The notes under the pieces were generated by a model. The model made no database searches. It was not told the origin of the DNA and worked only from the letters and a program-made list of their open reading frames with translations. A stretch of DNA of 64,000 nucleotides from the NCBI GenBank assembly GCA_038896535.1, contig JAWACY010000001.1, positions 346,750 through 410,749 of the forward strand, given 5' to 3'. Position numbers and translations under genes: made by a program. Of this stretch, positions 20,355-33,922 are shown piece after piece. Within the stretch, counting starts at the first letter, position 1. Every line of letters starts with the position of its first letter. This stretch comes from Candidatus Anstonellales archaeon (GTDB lineage Archaea > Micrarchaeota > Micrarchaeia > Anstonellales > J096).

Positions 20355-20795
20355 TCAACCACCTATAGTTATATTTACATTACCATTATTAATAGAGCAT
20401 GTAACATTTATATTAATAAACCCACTTTTTCTTTCTATAGTCCCGCCAACAATTTCTGCCTGTACATTTAACTTTCTTATATAGCTATTTGTTCCGCTAA
20501 GTTTAATATATAAATTTTTATTTTGATCGTTGAATATTGTAAAGTTAACTTCTCTTGGAAAAAAAACCTGCACTATTTTATTTGATGGGCATGATGAGAA
20601 AGCCTCTTCTATACCAGTTTTTATCTTAAATAAAGCCAGGTTTTCTTGCTCATTCATTATCTGCTCTTGTTTAATCCTATCTTGTGATAAGAGTAAGAGT
20701 GTTAAAGGTATGAATATAACAAGAAAAAGTACTAAAACAGTCAAGAATTCTACGCTGAACTGGGCTTTTTTTATTTTAGCAACCATTTTTAGCAT
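20355..20795 (-). CDS. class III signal peptide pilin-like protein
   Basis: KKAQFSVEFL plus hydrophobic helix. Confidence 0.85.
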   Translation of the reverse strand: MLKMVAKIKKAQFSVEFLTVLVLFLVIFIPLTLLLLSQDRIKQEQIMNEQENLALFKIKTGIEEAFSSCPSNKIVQVFFPREVNFTIFNDQNKNLYIKLSGTNSYIRKLNVQAEIVGGTIERKSGFININVTCSINNGNVNITIGG

Positions 20796-22437
20796 CTTCC
20801 CATTTGCAAGATATGTTTTCCAACCCTAATGTTTGTGCCAAATCCTTGCTTATAGCAAATCTTCCTATACTTAAATCAGATCTTTTACACATGCTAGCAG
20901 TTTTACATCCTGGAAAACCTTTAATGACTAAAATATCATTAGGAGTAAAGCTCTTGTTATACTCATAATCTGCCCTGCTAATTGGTATTAAATCATTCCC
21001 TGCTCTTTTTGTAAATTCCTTTGTTATTATGAATGAAAATATTCCTTTCTCACTGTCTTTTTGCTCATATCCATTTACAAGCATTCTTTGGAAGAAATTT
21101 GGTGGAGCAAGATCATGCTGGCCAGCCCATTTTACATAATAGCCATTTATTACTATATCTCTTGCTAATTCTATATCATATACACTTATATTTTTAAGGT
21201 CATATTTTCTATTTCCAAGTTCATCGTCATTGGCATCGCTGGCATTTACATTTGTTAATATCAAGTAATAGTTCCCATCTTTCATATTTGTTATCATTTC
21301 ATTGTATAAGCTTTCATTTAACAACAAAAACATCTCATCAACTTTTTTGTTTTTTAATACAATTTCACATCTCCTACTGCTGCTTACATAAAAGTCAATT
21401 GCATTGAACATTTCTTTTTCATACTCTTTACCATCACAAGGATCACGAGGATTATTGCTGCTTATTGTTATATTTTTCCCTGTCCCATTTACTATGAATC
21501 CTTCTGTGCCGAAATTAGATATTTCATTAAAAGAGCCATAACTAATGATTGGTTGTAATGAATCATAATTTGGCTCTTTTCTTAATGAGCCATAAACCCA
21601 GCTTTGGCCAATGCCCTCTATTTCTGTTTTGCTTATTTTTATATTTTTCTTTTGATAAATTAAATTTATTGACGGGAATGTTTCTATATTATCCTTAAAT
21701 ACAACGCCCCTTGATATGTTATTGTAGCCATTGCTCTTTAATATGCCATTAACAAGTGCATCAGGCATGCCATCTATTGTTATATTTGTATATATATTAA
21801 ATGACCCCTTTAAATAAGATTGCTTTGCTTTATCTCTTATTGTAATATTGTATGTAGTATTAATTTCAACTGTCCCGTAATTCTTTAATAAAATTGTTGT
21901 TTTGCCTTTTGCATCTCCCTGCTTTGATGCTGATATGCTATAATTTAAATCAGAAACATTGAATTCTGCTATTTCAAGACCGACATTTTTCATGCTGTCA
22001 TTTAAATCTTTTATCAAGCCAGTCAAATTAAATGTTGAATTCAGCCCTATAGAGTCATTAAAGTATGAGCTATTTGCACTGCCATAAATCATAAGCTCAT
22101 ACAATGCCTTTACTACATTAGTTGTGTTTTCTCCATTTTCATTATCTGGATTTATTTTATGCTCTGCTGTATGATTAGCTAGCTTATATAAATTATCATA
22201 TAACAAATCTTGTGTTAATTTCTCAAGCGCATCTTTATTTAATGGGAGAAACTTTGCCTTATAGCTCTCTAACTTTATAGATTCAGAATAGCTGAGCCTT
22301 GTTTGTTCTATTTCAGCCATTTTTATTGCTAGTAATGAAGATATGATGATTAATGCAATAATTGCAGCAAGAGAAAGGAAAAATCCCCTGTAATTTTTAT
22401 AATTTTTATTAAACATACGAACCACATATTCACGCAT
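20776..22437 (-). CDS. large pilin-like or adhesin protein with class III signal peptide
   Basis: RGFFLSL plus TM helix, then ~510 aa N/S/T-rich extracellular region with several Cys. Confidence 0.75.
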   Translation of the reverse strand: MREYVVRMFNKNYKNYRGFFLSLAAIIALIIISSLLAIKMAEIEQTRLSYSESIKLESYKAKFLPLNKDALEKLTQDLLYDNLYKLANHTAEHKINPDNENGENTTNVVKALYELMIYGSANSSYFNDSIGLNSTFNLTGLIKDLNDSMKNVGLEIAEFNVSDLNYSISASKQGDAKGKTTILLKNYGTVEINTTYNITIRDKAKQSYLKGSFNIYTNITIDGMPDALVNGILKSNGYNNISRGVVFKDNIETFPSINLIYQKKNIKISKTEIEGIGQSWVYGSLRKEPNYDSLQPIISYGSFNEISNFGTEGFIVNGTGKNITISSNNPRDPCDGKEYEKEMFNAIDFYVSSSRRCEIVLKNKKVDEMFLLLNESLYNEMITNMKDGNYYLILTNVNASDANDDELGNRKYDLKNISVYDIELARDIVINGYYVKWAGQHDLAPPNFFQRMLVNGYEQKDSEKGIFSFIITKEFTKRAGNDLIPISRADYEYNKSFTPNDILVIKGFPGCKTASMCKRSDLSIGRFAISKDLAQTLGLENISCKWEDAKNGC

Positions 22438-22489
22438 TATATTTATAAATTTCTATAAATTTCTACGCCCTATCTTCTACACCAGTTTT

Positions 22490-22981
22490 CTACACCCCTA
22501 TTTCTATTGTTGTATAATTTAATACGACCCTGCCTATATTTGCAGTTGTGTTCTTCTGGCTGCAAAATGGGTCTGGTTTGTATAAATAATCTTCTTTCAC
22601 ATAATTTATAATCAAATAGTTATCTTTTACAAGCCCGATATCTGCATTTTTCTTTTTTTCTGCTTCTTCAACTCCGCCTTCAGCAGTCAAGCAGGTCATT
22701 TTGAAATTGTATTTTTTTGGTATAGCATTATTTATAGTATCACAGTTTATTGATGATAATTTATTTGTTATTGTATATGCATTTATATTATAAGCATCAA
22801 GCGATAAGATCTTTAATTGATATATTACTGGCTCATTCAATGCCGTGAAGCCAGAAAATGAAATAAGCGTTGATATAATGAATGTTATTATGATAAGTGC
22901 TATGAATGCATCTAATGAATAGATAAATGCCTTAAAATGCCAGTTTTTAATTTTCTTATTGCTATTATTTTTGTTTTCCAT
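22490..22981 (-). CDS. class III signal peptide pilin-like protein
   Basis: KAFIYSLDAFIAL plus hydrophobic helix. Confidence 0.8.
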   Translation of the reverse strand: MENKNNSNKKIKNWHFKAFIYSLDAFIALIIITFIISTLISFSGFTALNEPVIYQLKILSLDAYNINAYTITNKLSSINCDTINNAIPKKYNFKMTCLTAEGGVEEAEKKKNADIGLVKDNYLIINYVKEDYLYKPDPFCSQKNTTANIGRVVLNYTTIEIGV

Positions 22982-23153
22982 AACATAAAAAATACAGCAT
23001 AAAACATTTAAAAAGCATGTGCAAACTTTATGAAAGCTTTATGAAAGCTTGAAATGTTATCAAAATTTACTAAAACTGATAATAAGAAAAAATTAGATAG
23101 ATTTTTAAATATTTCCCTATAATAAAAAATAACGCTTTGCTGCATGCTGCCTT

Positions 23154-23420
23154 GTGCGGGTGGTGTTATTGGTAAAACAAAAAAGAGCAAGAGAAGGAAC
23201 AGAAATATTAAACTATTTTTTGAATCCTAAAGTTGAAGTGTTAGATGAAAAAGAAAAAGAGGCAGTGTTAAAGAAATTTAATATAACAGAAGATAAGCTG
23301 CCAAAAATAAGAAAAACAGACCCATTGGCAAGGGCCCTTGATTTAAAAGAAGGTCAAGTGATAAAGATAATAAGAGATGATGGAACAGGAGAATATGTAT
23401 ATTATAGAATATGTGTTTAA
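23154..23420 (+). CDS. rpoH: DNA-directed RNA polymerase subunit H (Rpo5)
   Basis: L.PK.EVL, LPKIRKTDP, G.VIKIIR, YYR; lies upstream of rpoB. Confidence 0.93.
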   Translation: MRVVLLVKQKRAREGTEILNYFLNPKVEVLDEKEKEAVLKKFNITEDKLPKIRKTDPLARALDLKEGQVIKIIRDDGTGEYVYYRICV

Positions 23421-23618
23421 GCATATTTATAGGCATATGCATTTAAGCACATTCATTGCATGTTTGCATGCATTTCATGTTTGGATGCATTTTAAGCATG
23501 CAGCATAAAGCTTTGTAAATAAGTGCCGATATGGTGTATAAAGTATGGCCTGGCCGTATGGCCGTATGGAGCATTTATGAAAAAGAGGTTGGATGCATGA
23601 ATGAATATGATATTATTG

Positions 23619-23666
23619 ATGGAATTGATGGAATATTAGAACATGGAATTGATGGAATATTAGAAC
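23619..23666. repeat. 24-bp perfect tandem duplication in the rpoH-rpoB spacer
   Basis: ATGGAATTGATGGAATATTAGAAC x2. Confidence 0.9.
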
Positions 23667-23883
23667 GGGATTGGGAAAATGGAATTGCTTTTGCCTTAAA
23701 TGGCAGTGTATGGCATGGTGTATGGCATATTGATAAATGGCTATATGCTCTTATGCATTATAATCATATTATGCATTATAATATTTCTGCCCGCAATATT
23801 TTTTATGCCCATAATAAATATGATGGGTATGGTTGGTATGATGGGCTTATATTGGGATTATTTATGGGGGCGATTATTTCTTA

Positions 23884-26800
23884 ATGGGTGAAAATATGAA
23901 AGATGAATTAATTGAAGCATATTTTAAAGAAAACTCTCTTGTAAAGCAGCAGATTGATTCATTTAATAGGTTTTTAACACAGGGATTGCAATCTATAATT
24001 GATGATGTTGGAATAATAAAAACAAACGTTGAAGGATTTGAAATTAAGCTTGGTAAAATAAGGGTTGAACCGCCAAGGTTTTATGAGATAAAAGGCGGGT
24101 ATAGGCAAATACTTCCAGCAGAGGCAAGATTAAGGAATTTAACATATGCAAGTCCATTATTTTTAGAGATGATACCAGTGCATAATGGTGTAGAGCGTTC
24201 ATCTCCTATAGAAGTTTTTATAGGAGAACTGCCAATAATGCTAAAATCTAAAGTTTGCTATCTATCACAGATGACAAAAAATGAACTCATAGAAGCAGGG
24301 GAAGACCCTCTTGATCCTGGAGGGTATTTTATCATAAATGGAACAGAGAGAGTACTTGTCAGCTTAGAAGATTTAGTATTGAATAAAATACTGGTAACAA
24401 AAGAAAAAGAGGGCGAAGTTGTTGCAAAAATATTTTCAACAAGAAAAGGTTTTAGAGCAAAATGCAGTATAAAAAGAACAAAGTCAGGGCATTGGGTGCT
24501 TGATTTCCCATCAGCTCCTACAAAAGGAGTTAGTTTGATGCCAATACTTTATGTCTTAGGGTTTGAAAAAAATGTAGAAAGCCTTTTTGACATGTCAATG
24601 ATTGAAGTTGCAAACGATGTTGCATTTAATAAACATTATGATGCGATAGATGAGCCATATAAAGAATGGCTTTCAAAAAAATTGTCTCCAGGCCAGCCAA
24701 AGGAATACAGAGACCAAAGGATGTGGCACTTGCTTGATGAGTATTTACTCCCGCATTTAGGCAATACAATAAATGACAGAAAGAAAAAGGCATTTTACCT
24801 TGCAAAAATGGCTCAAAGGACAACTCTTGTTGCTCACAAAAAGCTTATTGCAGATGACAGAGACCATTATGGGAATAAGAGAGTCAAGCTTTCTGGAGAG
24901 CTTATGGAAGAACTTTTCAGGCATGCATTTAATTTCTTGACAAGAGATATTGTATATCAAGCAAGCAGGGTTGATGTAAGAGGAAGAAAACTGCAAGTCC
25001 ATACATTGGTAAGGCAGGATGCATTAACTGACAGAATTTTATATGCAATGGCAACAGGCAATTGGATTGCTGGCCAAACAGGAGTTAGTCAATTACTTGA
25101 CAGGGTAAGCTGGTCAGCAACAATAAGCCATAGGAAAAGGCTTATATCGCCATTGAGCAAAAGACATCCTCATTTCCTGGCAAGAGATTTACATGGAACT
25201 CATTATGGCAGGATATGCCCTGCAGAAAGCCCTGAAGGCATAAGCATATCACTTGTAAAAAACTTTGGCCTTATTGCAGAGGTAACAACTGGAGTGGAAG
25301 AGAAGCCAATTATTGATATATTAAAGAATTTTGGCATTTTAAATGAAGTTCAAAATCCTAGTAAATATGCTCATATTTATGTTAATGGCGATTTCATAGG
25401 ATTTTATCAAGATGGTAATGCATTAGCCCAGAGATTGAGAGAAAAGAGAAGAAATAATGAGATAGATAGTCAAGTGAATATTTATTATAGAGAAAAGACA
25501 AACGAACTTTTTATAAATACTGATAGAGGAAGAGTGAGAAGGCCTTATATAGTAGTAAAAGAAGGGAAGCCATTAATAACGCAGGATATTCTAAAAAGAT
25601 TAGTTCAAGGCCAGCTTAGTTGGAGCCATTTAGTTAGAATAGGCGCTATTGAATATTTAGATGCTGATGAGGAAGAGAATGCATTTATAGCATTTGATGA
25701 GAGTAAGATAACAAAAGAGACAACACATCTTGAAATTGATCCAGTAACAATAATGGGTTTTGTTGGTTCATTAGTGCCATTTTCAAATTACAACTCAAGC
25801 CCAAGGCTTACTATGGCTTGTGCCATGCAAAAACAAAGCCTTGGGTTGTATGCTTCAAACTTTAATCAGAGATTTGATACAAAAGCATATGTCATGTATT
25901 ACCCCCAACAACCAATTGCTCAAACTGCAATATATAAAACATTGAATTTGAAGAGAAGAGCAGCAGGCCAGAATTTTGTTGTTGCATTAACTAGTTATAG
26001 GGGCTGGAATATAAGCGATGCTCTCGTAATAAATAAAGGGGCAATAGACAGAGGCTTGGGAAGGGCTATGATGCTCAGGACTTATGAAACAGAAGAAACT
26101 ACATACCCCTCAGGACAAAAAGATTATATTGAAGTGCCATCTCCAAAGGTTGAGGGCTACAGGGGGGAAGAAGCTTATAGACATTTGGATGTTGATGGAA
26201 TTGTTTTCCCTGAAAGCATTGTTGATGAAAAAGATGTTATTGTTGGAAAGGTATCACCCCCAAGGTTTTTGGAAGAGGTCTCAATATTCGGTCTTGTTGA
26301 GGAAAAAAGAAGAGAAAATTCCCTTGTTGTTAAAGCAGGAGAAGGCGGGAAGGTCGATAGCGTATTGATCGCAGAAGGGCCTTCAGGAAATAAAATAGCA
26401 AAAGTAAGGCTTAGAATTGAAAAAGTGCCTGAGATAGGAGATAAGTTTGCTTCAAGGCATGGACAGAAAGGCGTTATTGGCCTTGTTGTAAATCATGAAG
26501 ATATGCCATTTACTGAATCTGGCGTAGTGCCTGATTTAATAGTTAATACTCATGCGATCCCTGGCAGAATGACAGCAGGGCATTTGCTAGAAATGCTTGG
26601 ATGCAAAGCAGCATGTTTGAAAGGCGAGCTTCTTGATGCAACGCCATTTAGAAATACAAATGTGCAGGAAATAGAAAATATTTTAAAAGAGCATGGATTT
26701 GAAGAAAGGGGAGAAGAGTGGCTCTATGATGGAATAACAGGAGAAAAAATGAAAGTAAAAATCTTTGTTGGCGTTATATATTATCAAAGGCTTCATCATC

Positions 26801-27189
26801 TTGTTAGCAATAAGATGCATGCAAGAAGCAGAGGGCCAGTCCAATTACTAACATTGCAACCAACAGAAGGAAGGACTAGAGAAGGCGGCCTTAGATTTGG
26901 CGAGATGGAAAGAGACACATTAATAGGGCATGGAGCAGCAATGTTATTGAGAGAGAGGTTACTTGAAGAGAGTGATAAATCGATACAGCTCGTATGCAAA
27001 GAATGCGGAGCCCTAGCATATGTTGACCATGTTAAAAAGCAAAACACATGCCAGCTTTGTAATAGTTCTAATGTTAAAGAAGTTGAAATAAGCTATGCAT
27101 TCAAACTTTTGCTTGAAGAAATAGAGGCATTGAACATATTCCCTAGGCTTATTATAGATAAAAAAGTTGAAATATTAGGAGGCGATTAA
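23884..27189 (+). CDS. rpoB: DNA-directed RNA polymerase subunit B (Rpo2, unsplit)
   Basis: GGYFIINGTERV, GDKFASRHGQKG, EGGLRFGEMERD, C-terminal Zn ribbon. Confidence 0.98.
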   Translation: MGENMKDELIEAYFKENSLVKQQIDSFNRFLTQGLQSIIDDVGIIKTNVEGFEIKLGKIRVEPPRFYEIKGGYRQILPAEARLRNLTYASPLFLEMIPVHNGVERSSPIEVFIGELPIMLKSKVCYLSQMTKNELIEAGEDPLDPGGYFIINGTERVLVSLEDLVLNKILVTKEKEGEVVAKIFSTRKGFRAKCSIKRTKSGHWVLDFPSAPTKGVSLMPILYVLGFEKNVESLFDMSMIEVANDVAFNKHYDAIDEPYKEWLSKKLSPGQPKEYRDQRMWHLLDEYLLPHLGNTINDRKKKAFYLAKMAQRTTLVAHKKLIADDRDHYGNKRVKLSGELMEELFRHAFNFLTRDIVYQASRVDVRGRKLQVHTLVRQDALTDRILYAMATGNWIAGQTGVSQLLDRVSWSATISHRKRLISPLSKRHPHFLARDLHGTHYGRICPAESPEGISISLVKNFGLIAEVTTGVEEKPIIDILKNFGILNEVQNPSKYAHIYVNGDFIGFYQDGNALAQRLREKRRNNEIDSQVNIYYREKTNELFINTDRGRVRRPYIVVKEGKPLITQDILKRLVQGQLSWSHLVRIGAIEYLDADEEENAFIAFDESKITKETTHLEIDPVTIMGFVGSLVPFSNYNSSPRLTMACAMQKQSLGLYASNFNQRFDTKAYVMYYPQQPIAQTAIYKTLNLKRRAAGQNFVVALTSYRGWNISDALVINKGAIDRGLGRAMMLRTYETEETTYPSGQKDYIEVPSPKVEGYRGEEAYRHLDVDGIVFPESIVDEKDVIVGKVSPPRFLEEVSIFGLVEEKRRENSLVVKAGEGGKVDSVLIAEGPSGNKIAKVRLRIEKVPEIGDKFASRHGQKGVIGLVVNHEDMPFTESGVVPDLIVNTHAIPGRMTAGHLLEMLGCKAACLKGELLDATPFRNTNVQEIENILKEHGFEERGEEWLYDGITGEKMKVKIFVGVIYYQRLHHLVSNKMHARSRGPVQLLTLQPTEGRTREGGLRFGEMERDTLIGHGAAMLLRERLLEESDKSIQLVCKECGALAYVDHVKKQNTCQLCNSSNVKEVEISYAFKLLLEEIEALNIFPRLIIDKKVEILGGD

Positions 27190-30686
<3,497 letters not shown>

Positions 30687-30688
30687 AC

Positions 30689-31036
30689 ATGGCAGAAAAA
30701 GAAAGTAAAGAAGTAAAAAGAGCAGTCAGAAAAAGAGAAAAAAAGGAAAAAATAGGTGATATAGAGAAAAAAATATCTGTTTTGGTCGAAACAGGAAAAA
30801 TATTGGTTGGAACAAGAAAGTCAATAAAAGCATTGTTAACAGGCAATCCAAAACTTGTTATATACGCCTCTAATATAGATGAGCAAAAAAAGGATGAAAT
30901 AAAAAAACTTGGAGAGAAAGCGAGCGTAAAAACAATTGAGTTCAATGGCAGTTCAATACAGCTTGGAAAATTATGCGGGAAAATATTTCCAGTAAGCGTT
31001 TTGGTTGCACTTGATTTGGGAGAAGCTGAATTTTAG
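30689..31036 (+). CDS. rpl30e: ribosomal protein eL30
   Basis: TGKILVG, KLVIYASN, LGKLCGK.FPVSVL; canonical position after rpoA2. Confidence 0.92.
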   Translation: MAEKESKEVKRAVRKREKKEKIGDIEKKISVLVETGKILVGTRKSIKALLTGNPKLVIYASNIDEQKKDEIKKLGEKASVKTIEFNGSSIQLGKLCGKIFPVSVLVALDLGEAEF

Positions 31037-31047
31037 CAAGTGAAAAA

Positions 31048-31476
31048 ATGCAGGAAATATCAGAAACTGAGCTAAAACTCTCTAATTTTTTTACTGAATT
31101 TACTGGCGTTATTCCATCCTTAGTTGTTGCTTTAAATGATGCAGTTGCTTTTGTTGTTGATAAAAGGGTAATGTCAAAAGTACTTGGCAGAAATGGGAAA
31201 AATGCAGAAATAATGGCAAGAAAAATAAATAAAAAAGTATATATTTTTGCTGATGCAAAAGAGCTTGAGCCATTTGTCAGGAATTTATTATCAGATGTTA
31301 AGATCATTGCATTGGATATAAATAGAGTTATGGACAAAGATTTTGTAACTGCATTCATAATGGAAAAAGATAAATCAAGAGTTATAGGCAAAAACAAAGC
31401 AAGAATACGCCTTACAGAAGAGCTTTTAAAAAGAAAATTCAACGCAATGTTTTATTTGAGAACTAAAGTTATTTGA
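31048..31476 (+). CDS. nusA: archaeal NusA (two KH domains)
   Basis: VLGRNGKN and VIGKNKAR KH motifs; synteny after rpl30e. Confidence 0.88.
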   Translation: MQEISETELKLSNFFTEFTGVIPSLVVALNDAVAFVVDKRVMSKVLGRNGKNAEIMARKINKKVYIFADAKELEPFVRNLLSDVKIIALDINRVMDKDFVTAFIMEKDKSRVIGKNKARIRLTEELLKRKFNAMFYLRTKVI

Positions 31477-31677
31477 TATGAGTTGGTAATGTAAAGGTAG
31501 TGCAAAAAAGTCTGGCAAATTTTTTATTTCATTTTATTGAATCAAAATGCTTCTTCGCTCCATTAAAATTCCTCAGCAAGAAATACAGCATTAATATTCT
31601 TACAAAAAATAAAAGTTGAGAAATTAAATTCTAGGCAAAAAATAAAAAATAAAAAATTCTAGGAGTTAGAAAGATAT

Positions 31678-32220
31678 TTATTGCACTCCAGTTGTCAATA
31701 CTTTGAATGATACCCTTGCTATTCTGCTTTCTACAAAGTCAGTGGTAAAGTTATATTTTATTATTACAACTCCTTGAAAATCTTGATTTTGCCCCATTTG
31801 AAGTCTTGTTTTTGTTCCTTGTTCATAGCATGGCACATTCTTTAATTCTATTGTCTGGCCTGGGCTTAATTGAACTGTGCTTACTCCTGGCTGTAGGCCA
31901 GAACTGACTACATCTTTTATAGAGCTAAATGGTTCATTACCAGTAAATTCACTTCTAACGCATGTTATGTTTATCAAATTTATTGCTTTATCCTTTTGAT
32001 TTATAAACCTAAAAGAAACATTAACGCTTCTATCTGTTCCAGAAATCTTTGTAGTAGCAATTAAATCAGAGCATGTAAACCCTTGGTCTGCAAGGCAGAA
32101 CTCACCAGAGCTTCTAAACCTAGTCAAATAAAAGACTAATGCACCCAAAACTATAAGAATAACAAATATGGCCCACCCATATGTCATTAAAAATTCTATT
32201 GCTGCCTGTGCTTTTTTCAT
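31678..32220 (-). CDS. archaeal type IV pilin (class III signal peptide)
   Basis: MKKAQAAIEFLMTYGWAI plus hydrophobic helix and a Cys pair. Confidence 0.9.
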   Translation of the reverse strand: MKKAQAAIEFLMTYGWAIFVILIVLGALVFYLTRFRSSGEFCLADQGFTCSDLIATTKISGTDRSVNVSFRFINQKDKAINLINITCVRSEFTGNEPFSSIKDVVSSGLQPGVSTVQLSPGQTIELKNVPCYEQGTKTRLQMGQNQDFQGVVIIKYNFTTDFVESRIARVSFKVLTTGVQ

Positions 32221-32370
32221 ATGACCACCAAATTATTTAATATAGGAATATTAATAAATGTTTGCTTTTATATACTTGCTTACACTTAAATAACCTTTAA
32301 TTCACTCAATGCCCAATCAATGCTAATCAATGCCTTAATCAAATAAATTATAAGAGAAGAATACAAATAT

Positions 32371-32649
32371 GAAATACCAAGGGAAATAAAAACCAAAAGA
32401 AATACAAGCTAAATTAAGCGGAACAAAAGATGAAGAAGGGAAAAATGCATTAAAGATAATAGTAATAATAAAAGATAAATCTGGGAGAGAAATTCTAGGC
32501 CTTAAAAGAGTTCAATGAAAAACTTCAATGAAATACTATATAAAAAGATAAAAAAAGAAATTCTTGATGAAAAGGAATTAATAGAAATAATAAAAGCAAT
32601 TAAAGAATGTGATGCAAAATATATTGAGAAAATTTTCTCTTCTTTGTGA
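32371..32649 (+). pseudogene. degenerate, internally deleted copy of the gene at 42334-43065
   Basis: EIPRE / EIQAKL.GT..EE.KN.LKIIV at the 5' side and a near-identical 3' end (...GAATTAATAGAAATAATAAAAGCAATTAAA...TTTTCTCTTCTTTGTGA); frameshifts and stops present. Confidence 0.85.
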
Positions 32650-32750
32650 TGTTGTGATTTAATTGTGACGTAATTATAAATTATAAATTATAAATATAAA
32701 AACAGCATATAAAAATTTAAATAATTAAACCATTACTCTAAGATACATAT
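32647..32750 (+). repeat. dispersed promoter-like repeat, copy A
   Basis: TGATGTTGTGATTTAATTGTGACGTAAT...TATAAAAACAGCATATAAA shared with 39107 and, in its 3' part, with 42284. Confidence 0.85.
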
Positions 32751-32874
32751 ATAGGCTAACAGGGACAAACTAGTAAGGAAGGCAAAAAGAACAAAAGAGG
32801 CAGCGGGAATAATGCAACAACATAAAATGATAAATGAAGAACAATTAACAAGAGCAGAAGATACGCTATTGATA

Positions 32875-33918
32875 TTAACCAATGTTGAGCATTAAACTGC
32901 TTACAAATGCTGTTGCAATGAAGAAAATGATATATGCTGTTATCAGCATCAATGGAAAGAATCTAAATGCCTGTCTTTTTGTGCCAGTATAAGCTACACT
33001 TACAATGAAGCTTGCTATGAAAACGTTTATGAATATTGTTATAATAGAAAACCACAGGAATTCCCTTGATGAAAATGGGGGTTTTGATAATGATATATTT
33101 ATACCTCCAACACTTGTTGTTTGCTGGCCTGAAGTAAATGTAAATGTTTTTTCCAGAGTTTGTATAAGCATATTTGTAACAGCCAATACTGCAGGCACAC
33201 CAATAGATGACGCAAAAATAAGAAATATGATAGAAACAAGCAGGCTTGTTCTTATCTCTTTTTTACTAATGATTATATCTCTCGCCTCATCAGCAGTTTT
33301 TTCCAAAACAACAGCAAGCTCACCACCAGATTTTAATGCCTCTTTTATCATGCTTAAAGTCCTTGATAATATTGGAGAGTTAAACCTTTTGCTTAGATTA
33401 TCTAACGCTTTGTCCATTGGCGTGCCAGCAAATGCCTCCTTTATGCTTGCTTTAACCTCAATAGATAATATGCCAAATTCTGGTTTTGCTGCTTGCCATA
33501 ATGCCTGCTCTAATGTCATCCCGCCCCTTATATTTGATGAAACTAAAGAAAAAAAGTCTGGTAAAACAGATTCAACAGCATTTCTTCTCATATCTGATTT
33601 AAATACATAATAACCATAGATGAGAGTTGCAATAAAGAAATACAAAACAATGCCGAATATTGAGTAAATAATGAAGGACAAAACCTGTATTTGTGCTTGT
33701 TCTTTTGTAATATCTGATGCTATGCCATAAAATATTTCATTAATTGGCTTGAATAGAAATAATAATATGAATAGCATGGCATAAATCAATGTTAAAACAA
33801 TTGCAATGCCAATGAATGTATCTCCATCTATGCTAGAACCAGATTGTTTTATAAATGAATCAACATCATTAACAGTTTTTTCAGGCATTAATCTACCTAT
33901 TGTTTTTAATATCTCCAT
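32875..33918 (-). CDS. type II/IV secretion system F-family (TadC/FlaJ-like) membrane platform protein
   Basis: LPDFF....SNIRGGMTLEQAL, FGILS.E, SGGEL..VL and TM helices. Confidence 0.9.
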   Translation of the reverse strand: MEILKTIGRLMPEKTVNDVDSFIKQSGSSIDGDTFIGIAIVLTLIYAMLFILLFLFKPINEIFYGIASDITKEQAQIQVLSFIIYSIFGIVLYFFIATLIYGYYVFKSDMRRNAVESVLPDFFSLVSSNIRGGMTLEQALWQAAKPEFGILSIEVKASIKEAFAGTPMDKALDNLSKRFNSPILSRTLSMIKEALKSGGELAVVLEKTADEARDIIISKKEIRTSLLVSIIFLIFASSIGVPAVLAVTNMLIQTLEKTFTFTSGQQTTSVGGINISLSKPPFSSREFLWFSIITIFINVFIASFIVSVAYTGTKRQAFRFFPLMLITAYIIFFIATAFVSSLMLNIG

Positions 33919-33922
33919 AATA

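Noticed and set aside
23531-23891. ORFs of 117 and 63 aa between rpoH and rpoB
   Set aside because: They translate the low-complexity duplications, have atypical W/H/M/Y-rich composition and show no family resemblance.
33005-33610. 201-aa plus-strand ORF and similar short antisense ORFs across the window
   Set aside because: They lie fully antisense to well-supported genes and carry no motifs.
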